Shown here: positions 50,680-60,557 of the stretch, piece by piece
How positions within the stretch are numbered: position 1 is the first letter of the stretch
Layout of the letters: each line of letters opens with the position of its first letter
From: Ginglymostoma cirratum
Taxonomy: Eukaryota
Direction of reading: 5' to 3'
Assembly: GCA_024137785.1 (NCBI GenBank)
Contig: JAHRHZ010000002.1
Span: 19,240,685-19,304,684, forward strand
DNA length: 64,000 bases
Notes under the pieces: generated by a model
Database searches by the model: none
What the model saw: the letters and a program-made list of their open reading frames with translations, nothing else
What the model was told of the DNA's origin: nothing
Position numbers and translations under genes: made by a program

Positions 50680-51880
50680 TAGTGTAAACAATACCTTCTA
50701 CAGGCAAGAGATTTCAGATTATTGAAAGAGAACTGCCACTGTCAGGCAACTGCCTGTTTAACTAAGTTATCTTTACACATCTAGAAGCTGTTATTTTTAG
50801 GTCAGATTCTGGTTTTTACTATAAAATTGAACTGAGAAGGATTTACCATTTCAGTCCCCTCTTAGAGCCAAATTTCTAGATCTACCCTCCGCTGTCTCAT
50901 TCAAGCTAAATCTCACTCGTGGTTGTCATGGACCCTTACTATGTTAAACATGATTGTTTCCTATTCCGATATCTGTACTACTGTGCACAGTTTTAATCTT
51001 TTTTTTAAAGAAGGATGTAAGCACGTTGGAAACTGTTCAGTGAAGAATAATTACCTGAAATAACTGTGTTATCTTATGAGTAAAGTTTCCACTGCCTTGT
51101 CTTTAATCCGATGGAGTTTTGAATACTAAGTAGTGATTTGATTGAAACATCCATGGCCCCAAGGGACCTTGACAGGGCAGACGTGTAGAGAACGCTTCGT
51201 CTTAAGAGAGAAATTGGGACTAGGTATCCCCTGTAAAAATCAGCATTGCTCATTTAAAACATAGTTGAGTGTTTTTTTTCTCTACTGTGAGACTTCCATC
51301 TTCCTCTTCAGAGATCTGTGGAAGAAGAATTCTTGAGCGTTTTCAAGGCAGAGATCGATAGATTTTTGTTAACTAAGAGGTAGAAGGTTATCTGTGGTGG
51401 AAAGGAACGTGGATTTCAGTTATAATGAGATCAGACATGAACCTATTGAATGACAGAGAAATCTCGAGGACCCGAATGCCCTCCACCTGCTCCTAATTCC
51501 TATGTACATGTGTACGTTTTGTCTATGTTTCAGTTCCTTTGAGTCTCAGAAAATGATTGTTCAGTTTCACTGATTAAGCAGATGCACATGTAATTTCCCT
51601 GTTTACAGTGGTCCAGTAATGTGTGTTGCACTGAAAACCACATAATGTGGACTTATTTTAAGGGGTTCTGCTGCATATGATTATTTACACGTTACCAGCA
51701 GAGGCAGTATGGAACATTTCCAACATATCTTGAACAATAAACTGAATTTTAGTCCTTTCGAATTCTATGGTCTGCGAACTCCTGTGCAAAGCTCTAAGAT
51801 GCCTGTGGACGAGGGCAAATGCAATTCTATTTAACAGCGTCGGACTCCACAATCTCTACAGTTTAATTCAAGTTTAAGCA
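50680..51880 (+). pseudogene. Possible decayed V(-C1) gene split by a CR1 fragment
   Basis: QIIERE..NCLFN, FWF, TLTMLNMIVSYSDI/YYCAQ (~50932-50990). Only weak C1-like traces after 51520. Confidence 0.3.
51000..51510 (+). mobile_element. Degenerate CR1 3' fragment
   Basis: LKKDV.TLE.VQ-type sequence and CR1 3' UTR. Confidence 0.7.
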
Positions 51881-51984
51881 GTGACATTCAATATTTTCAA
51901 AAACTTTTTTTAACGAATTATCAACATGGCTGAAGTCTTAAGTATTCAGGTGAAGGCGCAATATTAGTCTAAATCGATTACAAT

Positions 51985-53840
51985 GAGCTTCCCACCCCCC
52001 AGAACTAACAGAGTTGAGGGAATACAATTGACCTTGAAATACTTAATTTCTGATGTTTATATTTTGTACGAGAACTTATTATGCATATTAGATCATTGAG
52101 TCACTGGGATGAAATATATTCAGATGAAAAATATCCAGTCAGTTATGTTCAGAGAACAAACTGATCGATTTGTAAGTAAAAGGGAAAGTCACCATAATCC
52201 CACAGGACTGTTCTCACATTACAGAGAATTGCCTGATGGTAAATTTAACGTGAGGATCTTCACGCCTCAGGCGAGGGGTGAGGTTGAGAAGGCGGGACAT
52301 TCGTGGATACCTTAGCCATTGAACTCACGCAATTAGCATCACTCTGCGCAGTGAACTAGTCGTTCAGTATTCGAGATAACAAGGTGTGGAGTTGGATAAA
52401 CACAGCAGGCCAAGCAGCATCATGGGAGCAGGAAAGCTTGACGTTTCGGGCCTCGACCCTTCATCAGAAATGGGGGAGGGGAAGAGGGTTCTGGAATAAA
52501 TAGGGAGAGAGGGGGAGGCGGATAGAAGATGGATAGAGGAGAGTATAGGTGGCGAAGAGACAGACAAGTCAGAGAGGCGGGGATGGAGCCGGTAAAGGTG
52601 AGTGTAGGTGGGGAGGTAGGGAGGAGATAGGTCAGTCCATGGAGGACGGACAGGACAAGGGGGCGGGATGAGGTTAGTAGATAGGAGATGGGGGTGCGGC
52701 TTGAGGTGGGAGGAGGGGATAGGTGAGAGGAAGAACAGGTTAGGGAGGCGGGGACGAGCTGGGCTGGTTTTGGGATGCGGTTGGGGGAGGGAAGATTTTG
52801 AAGCTTGTGAAATCCACATTCCACCTTTACTGGCTCCATCCCCGCCTCTCTGACTTGTCTGTCTCCTCTCCACCTATCCTCTCCTCTATCCATCTTCTAT
52901 CCGCCTCTTCCTTTCTCCCTATTTATTTCAGAACCCTCTTCTCCTCCCCCATTTCTGATGAAGGGTCTAGGCCCGAAACGTCAGCTTTCCTGCTCCTCTG
53001 ATTGCTGCTTGGCCTGCTGTGTTCATTCAGCTCCACACCTTGTTATCTCGGATTCTCCAGCATCTGTAGTACTTATTATCTCTCATTCAGTATTCTGCTG
53101 GTTCAGTTGGCTGGATGGCGGATTTCCGAGGCAGACTGACTTCACAGAGTCGTGCAATTCTCATACAGGCTGAGGTCACCATAATGGTCCGGGCTTCTCG
53201 ACCATACCCGTTGTCTGAGCCGTGATTACCGTCAAGTTAAACTCACCACTGATCATCTCTCTCTAATTCAGGAGTGGGACTTTGGTGGCGACTGTATTGC
53301 AATGGTTAAAAAACCACACTCAAATATACAGTGAAATCTGTTTCTATAACCGACCTGAAAGTCCAACATGAAATGATTATTCATTTTGCACTGACCAGAC
53401 TTCCCTAGAAACTAGTTTTACAACCCTTTTAACATCTATTTGAAGCTAATTCAAGTAAAGCAAAACTGCTGAGGGGATCTTTCATTTGTGCAGGGCAAAA
53501 TAGACATTGCAAAACGCCATCTGTAATAATGATTTGCTCTTAAGTATTTAAGGACTTTACATGGCAAGTCATAGGATATGGTGTACTGGGTACTGCAATA
53601 TTTTTGTGTTGCCACATAACATGATTTACAAATAAGTCTCTGGTGCTGTATTTTGAAATACTCCATGTCTTGGTAGAAAAACAAGTTCAATGAGCCATGC
53701 TAACAACCGGAAGGATAATAGCAGGATAGTAATTTTGGTTTATAATTGCCGTACTTCTGTCTACTTCTTCATCGAGAATTTGCACAATAAATGCTAAAGA
53801 GGGGTGCTAAAGTATTTTTATTTTTTCAATTGGCTAAGCT
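51985..53840 (+). pseudogene. Possible decayed V-J-C1 gene split by SINE/PLE insertions (52178-53295)
   Basis: RVEGIQLTLK(Y), TDRFVSKR, SITDLKVQ..FC, SKAKLL, PSVIMI, GTAIFLC.HIT*F, SW*KN. Confidence 0.28.
52373..53082. mobile_element. Penelope-like fold-back insertion (inverted terminal repeats only)
   Basis: 52372-52600 pairs with 52822-53050. TSD tc(g/a)ttcagtattc at 52360-52372 and 53083-53095. Hammerhead cores at ~52440-52467 (-) and 52955-52982 (+). Confidence 0.85.
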
Positions 53841-55059
53841 GGTTGACAAATGTATTGTTTGTCCAATTTGTCATTTGGCCTAACGTGAGAAAATTATCAT
53901 TCACAGACACAGAGGCATGGCTTAAGATATGCCGAGGAAGGATCTGCTTCGAAGGATTAATTTAATATTATTTCAGCTTTTAATATTTACAGCTGCTAAC
54001 GAAACTAGTTAAAGTGCAAAAAAGTGTTTCTTGTCGATCAAAAAGGAAACGTTCATCAAGCTAATTTAGCAGCATTTTAATTGCAGCCATGACTTGATGA
54101 TCTGCATATTCATAGATAGGGAATTGGTTTAATAAGCGGTCTGAAATGTAATGACTATCATATATTCGCAGGAGATTCATTGTAGTATATCAGACAACCT
54201 TCCTGCTGTCATGAGAAGTAAGGAACAAGGAAGTGCTCATATTGCTGTAAAGATGCACAAATGCAGCCATCAGTCATAGTTACAAAGGAGGTTTAAATAA
54301 GTGAGGAACTTGGTAAACATTTAATCAGTAGGCATGTGTTACTGAGCAAACTGATGTAGTTCCATGTTGATATGTCTCCGGGATCTGATGGAATTCATGC
54401 GAGCATTTTAAAAGAGGTGGACAATGATGTGGTAGATGCGTTGGTTTTAACTTCAAATTCGTTATATTTTGGAAAATTGATGGACTTGGAGTCTTTTAAT
54501 AATTTTAAGTTGGGAGCAGGTAGAATCCTGTTAGGCAAGAGATCAAAAGCTCTCAAGAGTAGTCAGGAATGGGCATGTAGTATTCGGAACAGCAATGATG
54601 TGAATGTCGGAGCAGTCTTGAAAGCTGAATGGCCTACTTCCTATCTTAATTCTTATGTTGTTATGTTCATATTCTAGCCTAGGCATGGCAAAACAATAAT
54701 AAGTGAGGCATTGTATTTTGTACATTAGCTTCGTCTTAATGCATTGCAAAAGAAAGCAAATTCGCAGCATTGTCCACATCCCAGAAGCAAATTCAAACAT
54801 CATTAGAAGATAATGTGCAACTAAGAAGTCACTGGTTCTGCACTTTTTCGCGATCACTTAGCTCTTTTTCTTTCAAATTAATCATCAGAGTATTTTCCTT
54901 TGAAACCGCAGAGTTTGAGCCTTTACAGTAGTATTTACCACAAATACTGATCACTTAAATAACAGTATACTTCATCTAATTCTTTACAAATACAACAGTA
55001 TAATATAGCCTAAGTAAATGTCAGCCATCTATGTTTTGCTGAGTATCAACTTACCTTAC

Positions 55060-55665
55060 CGATTGCGTATATTTTGCACAATGGCCAAAACTGGACGATG
55101 AGAATCCCGTTAAATGTAACGGCTTAGATCATAAAACATAGTGGAAATATATAAAGTAATTACTTTAAAGCATGTAGTTACTTTCGAACGTGCTATTGAG
55201 TCTTAGTACGGGGTAACTAGACAGGGATTTTGTTTTTGTCTTGTTCCTGACATTTGACTCTCTAGTTTTCACAGTGAAGGCACAAAGTGGAGGAACATTT
55301 CAAAGCCCAGCTTCAACAGTCGAGAACGAGCAAAGAACGAAGAGGAACAATAAAAATACAAAAAACTGGAACGTTTCTCACCGAAGCAAGCTCCGTCATT
55401 GCGCTGCACAGTAGAACAGCAATTCGAAATCCAGAGATACATACGTAGCTACTGGTAAGTTACATCAGACAAATTGCTATTAAATGCCCGTGAAGGATAC
55501 AAAGTATTAACCAATCACTAACACCGATAAATGTTTGACTTGTGCGTTCAGGGAGGGTTTTCTGATATTTGTGCCAATGATGTTACATGCCACTTGTCAC
55601 CACCCGTCCAGCTCCTAACTTTCCTTGTCCTAAAACTGGACAAAACTGAACAGCACGTGGTTTTG
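55060..55665 (-). pseudogene. Decayed intronless V-J-C1 Ig-superfamily gene
   Basis: HW-K, GVSD(W)L, LTSSYV, FYCAA (Cys 55410-55408), CFGE, STLCL, VK(C)Q, YPVLRLNSTF, RYI*RDSH, AIVQNI, then a gtaag donor. Correct order, several frameshifts. Confidence 0.55.
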
Positions 55666-56030
55666 TTTTCCCATTAGACAATAGATCAAACTTAAAGTGA
55701 GTATGTGGGGCATGGCAGAATAAACATACCCGCATTTTTCAATGAACTGATTTAAGTATTTCAATAGCACAAAATGCTATATTTTAATGATAACAGATAT
55801 AAAAGTGCACAGAGGAAACGATGGACATATAAATTGTGTTAGTACATACTATATTTTTGTTCCCATTTAACAATTAGAATTGTTTCATTCATAATTTGAT
55901 CTTATAGTACAAATGTCAAAAAACCATATGGTACCCCAATCGATAAAGTTTAACGATTATTCATGGGATACTCGATGGTTGGATCAACTCTTCTCGCTCT
56001 GCAGCAAATCCAATTTGAAATCCTCAAGAC

Positions 56031-56149
56031 TCAAAAATATGCGAGAGAAATTGTGATAATGATGCAGACAGAAAACACAGCAAGTTTCAGTCCAGTCAGA
56101 ATCATTTGCCAAAGCAGAGACCTTCTGCTGCTCATGAGTGGCTGTCTGC
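56031..56149 (-). CDS. NCR3-like: Gene 2 stalk/TM terminal exon (C)RQPLMSSRRSLLWQMILTGLKLAVFSVCIIITISLAYF*
   Basis: tttttgttttccatag| phase-1 acceptor, hydrophobic helix with an internal Lys, TGA at 56033-56031. Confidence 0.85.
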
Positions 56150-56863
56150 CTATGGAAAACAAAAAGAATCAAATTCAGCACTTATTTTCCAAGTTTCATT
56201 GTTACAATTCAATGCAATGCTGACTCGGCTGGATGCCAATTCCCTTACACGTTCCATTATTCATTGGTCTTGGGCCCTCACATTTACTTTCGCTCTTGGT
56301 TATCAATACTGGATACTTTCCCAGCTCCCGCCCCCCAGCGTCCCCTGGCCCCCACTACCACCACTACTAGTCTCTTGTGGTATGTTGATAGTGTTTCTAT
56401 TTCTTGGCTGAAAGGTCTAGATTCAATGCCTACCTGTCTCAGAGGTATGTCATGTCATGTTCAAATAAGTTAATTAAAGTTACTATAATGGCATTAGAAG
56501 GACATTTTTGTTGTAGCTATCATTGAATATGTCGGCTCAGTACCTGTTGCATTTTATATGAAGCAGTTGCGTGCCTCATGACATGCAAGTTTTCATTCAC
56601 CTGTTTGACGTCATGATGTTTAACAGTAAATTATTCAATGAAATACAACAGTTTGCAAGGCAGCCACCCCATATATTAAGATAAACTGCAAGTGTTTTCT
56701 AATGTGAGAATATGGGCCACGACGACAATTAATTCTCTTTATCTATCTATCTGGATATCTAACTCACCCAGCTAGAATTCTCTCATGTCTTCCTAATTTT
56801 AAACCCATAACGCACTCGTCCAACACATTCATTATTGCTCTCATTCCCTTCGTGTAAACTTAC

Positions 56864-57214
56864 ATTTAACTGTTAGCCTTGTTCCTGGTCCAAACTCTTC
56901 CTCAAAGAACAATATTACCTGACAGTAATATATGCCCGAATCATCCTGTTTCAGATTCGTAATCGCGATGGAAGCATTTCCATTGGTTCTGAAAGAGGGT
57001 CTGTCCACCTGGATTATCCTACCCAAGAATTTTGCAGATTTATTGGTTACTTTGGCATCTCCTGTTCCATTTTTAATGTCTTTGTGCCACGAGAAGGCTC
57101 CAACCACTTGATCATGAGATGCATTGTAAGTGCAGAGAAAGTGAGCTGTTTCTCCCTCTGTAGCTTCAATGTAGAGAGGTTCTTGATAGACTTGGAATTT
57201 GCTTGCGTCTGTGG
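56864..57214 (-). CDS. NCR3-like: Gene 2 VJ-type Ig V exon, NKp30/NCR3-like
   Basis: TDASKFQVYQEPLYIEATEGETAHFLCTYNASHDQVVGAFSWHKD...FLGRII...DDSGIYYCQVILFFEEEFGPGTRLTVK. Acceptor at 57215 (in-frame alternative at 57209), T|gtaagt donor, 351 nt, no stops. Confidence 0.92.
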
Positions 57215-57338
57215 CTATAAGGTAAATTCCAATAGCTAAGATGTGGTATTATTTTTTATTTTATCACATGCTTCTGCAGCTACTTAAATTTGCTCTGCCA
57301 TACAGTAACTACATGTAGAAAGAAAATAAACAACTCAC

Positions 57339-57381
57339 TCAACAATAATATTGAAGTCCAGAGCAGGCCAATGGTGTTCAT
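57339..57381 (-). CDS. NCR3-like: Gene 2 leader exon MNTIGLLWTSILLL(T)
   Basis: Minus-strand ATG at 57381, 43 nt, A|gtgagt phase-1 donor. An upstream acceptor at 57396 implies a 5' UTR exon. Confidence 0.85.
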
Positions 57382-57754
57382 TGCTTCTCAGCGATCTAGA
57401 AATCATAAAAGTATTTTGAAAATCCTACATTCAAATCGTGATATTTAATGGGAAAGTCAAAGAACAGTGTTCAAAAAACAAAGTTCTCCAATGATACTGG
57501 CATGCTTCCTATCTCTACACTGACACCTTCTTATGTTCCTACATGCACCTTGATACCCCACCAGTAAGATGCCCTCACGTTCCTAATTCTGAAGAAATTT
57601 GTCAGCACTTTAAGTATCCTACTAGCAGGAATGTTAAAACAGGTTTCTTATGCAGAATACAACCGTGTTTGTTCCTGTGATTGTTTAATTTGAAGGTAAG
57701 GTTTTAGAAGAAATCTCTGAGGAACACGTTCAATAAAACAATCATGATGAACCT

Positions 57755-58056
57755 ATGGCTCCGTGGTTAGCACTGCTGCCTCACCGCATCTGGAACCCAG
57801 GTTTGACTCCACCCCAGGGCGACAGCATGTGTGCAGTTTGAACATTCTCCCCAAGCCTGTGTGGGTTTCCTCCAGGTGCCCTGTTTTCCTCCCACAGTCC
57901 AAAGATCTACAATGCAGGTTAGGTGGATTAGCCATGGGAAATGCAGGATCACAGGGAAGGGTAAAGGGAGGTGCGTCTGGCTGGGGTGCGCTTTGGAGCA
58001 TTGGTGTGTATATGTTGGACTGAATAGCCTGTTTCTACACTATCGGGATTCTGTTC
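57755..58056 (+). mobile_element. HE1/V-SINE upstream of the gene 2 leader exon
   Basis: tggctccgtggttagcactgctgcctca head and V core. Confidence 0.85.
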
Positions 58057-58499
58057 TAAATAATTAAATCACTGCAGTTAATGTTTCATCATTCTAATAA
58101 GTAGGTTTGTAATAATTTGCTGAAGTGGCAAATAACCAATTGAAGTGTACATGTTCAATTGCGTTTAGACGCAGCTCAATGAATCAAGTGTTTTGATTGG
58201 GTACTAGAAAGAAGGTCAACAATGATTTTCTCCCTTAAAGTGCCACAGTGTAGAATCATAGATAACAGAAGGAGGTCAGTTAGCCAATGGTGCATGGCCT
58301 ATTCCTTGCGCCAATTTTACTCCTAAACTACAATGTAAACAATTTTCACAGTTACCTAAACCATGATTTAACCTGAACCGAAATAGCCTTTGACATCATT
58401 TACTACATTTTTGTGTTCAGTGCCATCAAGGGTTGTTTGAGAGACCAGATGAAGACAGAGACCACATCTAGGTTATTTTTAAAAATAATTTTAATATCG

Positions 58500-59500
58500 T
58501 TGTTTAGGAAACAAAAGTTGAGGTTTATTTTGAAGGAGTTCAAAAGATGCTCACTCAATTCATCCCTGGGATGAAGGTATTGTGTTATGACGAGGCATAG
58601 AACTGGCTACGCCTATATCCAACGGAAACTGGAAGAATGGGAAGTCATGTTATCAAAATATGTAAGGTTTGTTGGGACCGAGTAGGATGGATAATTGGGA
58701 GAATATCTCTTGTGGAGGAGTTTAAATCTAGGGCACATGGTTTACAGATAAGGGGTTTCCTTATTCCTTTAAGTAATGAAGACGTTGCTATCTGGGTTCA
58801 TATTTATTTAGCACTCTTAATTGCCATTGAGAAGATGTTTGTGAGCGGCCTTCTTGAACTTCTGCGTTCCTCGGACGTTCACTAGTCTGTTAGAGATCGA
58901 GCTCCCAGATTTTAACCAAGCAACAGTGAAGGAGCGACAATTTAGTTCCAAGTCAAGATAGTGTGTGAATTGGAGAGGAAATAGTAGTTACCCATGCATC
59001 TACTTCCCTTGCCTAACTAGCATAAAGGCATAAGGTTTGAAAGGTGCTATTGAAGGAGCTAGATGAGTGACTACAGTGCATGCTGTAGATGGCAAATACT
59101 TCTGCCACTATGCATTGATAGCGAAGTGTGAGTTCGAATTTCTGAGGAAGGTTAGCCAGACCCGAAACGTTAACTCTGCTTTTTCTTCACAGATGCTGCC
59201 AGACCTGCTGAGCTTTTCCAGCAACTTCTGTTTTTGTACGTTCAAGGTAGTGGATGACTGTGTCAATCAATTGGGCTTTATGTAAAATGCAGGGGAATAT
59301 TTTCTCTCACAAACTTGTTAAGGGTGGAATAATTTTCCCCGGAATGCAATGGGTACTTATATTTATTCAAGGTTGAAGTAGGTAGATTTTTAGTCAAAGG
59401 TTAGAATGTGCACACAGAAAAGTGGAAGTAAGACTGCAACAAGATCAGCCATGATGCTAAAGATGCTTCTGCTCCTAAGACTGCTGCTCCTATGTCCCTA
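58500..59500. mobile_element. Nested CR1 / SINE-tail / Penelope fragments
   Basis: CR1 3' coding remnants (+); hammerhead-like ctgaggaagg...cccgaaacgttaact at 59142-59175. Confidence 0.6.
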
Positions 59501-60229
59501 TAATAGAATTACTCATCAACCTGTTGGTCCCTCCTTTTGCCTCAGATTGTTCAGAAAGTTTGATCAGGCTTGGTATTTCACTTCTGAATCAAAGTTGACT
59601 CTATTAAATAAATAGGTATGCATAACTGATCCTCACACTTGTCACTGATAATTGCTTCTATTATCTTATTTAGAATGAATGTATAGTTGATGTATAATTA
59701 ATGTATAGGTTCCTCCTCTGTGTCCACTACCTCCCTCCTAACGGTTTTCAGTCTTTTGCCGATTTTCTGCTTCGACACATTCAGCACTCATTTACAAAAG
59801 AATACATTTTCTCTCTGTGGATTTGCTAAGTCTACTTAGCCCACCCAGAATGCCTATTGCATATTTAATAAAATTTATTTTTGTGTTTGAGGTAATTTTC
59901 CCTGGAGTGAGTTTGCCACTCTGAAAATAAATGAAATGATATTGAAATATTCGCTGGGATATTGCATAACAATTTTTTCACCTATTGTTTCTGTGGAATA
60001 CGATTTGTTTTAAAATGGACATGTTTCTTATAACGTTCATTTATCATGCAGTTTACTGTTTAAAATATGCATTAACTTAATAATAGGAATTCCAGTCTAA
60101 GCAAACTTTTACCAAACTAAATAAACTGAACATAACTCACCACACTGATACTTACGTTTTGAAAAGTCGGAAGTGGGATAGGTAACTTTCTGCCTCAATT
60201 GTTTTCACTTATACCGACCATATCAGTTG

Positions 60230-60557
60230 AGATTAGAGACATGTGAATAATTACTGAACAATCACTAACAAAATGGAATCCAACGCTGCAAAGGTATTAA
60301 TAACATATAACTCCAACGGATACCTTGTCCGGAATGTTCTGTTTTCACTCCTCCCTTCTCTCTGCGTCCATTCCACCTTTGAACTATTACAGTACAAATT
60401 GTTGCCTTTGGCTCAATTTCAAACCAATCACCTTCAGTGGAGTCAAATCAAAAGCTACAGAAAGTGGATGCAGTAGTCCTACAGGGAAATGCGAATCGCC
60501 TTTGTCAGTTGTTTGTGGAGCTGCAGGTTGTGGAGGCTGGGAGAAGGTTAGAAATGA
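60230..60557 (-). pseudogene. Possible decayed V-set exon (NCR3/CD28H-like, family unresolved)
   Basis: tgttgttctag|SFLTFSQPPQ..TTDKGDS/FPCR..WFE..LDS..CSVII; compare NKp30 LWVSQPPEIRTLEGSSAFLPC. Confidence 0.3.

Noticed and set aside
52364-52893. Long Pro/Ser-rich ORFs (169 and 157 aa; also 34837-35253)
   Set aside because: Translations of purine/pyrimidine-skewed Penelope terminal repeats.
58244-58280. RSS heptamer CACAGTG near gene 2
   Set aside because: No nonamer at 12 or 23 bp, about 1 kb from the V exon, and it abuts a retroelement tail.
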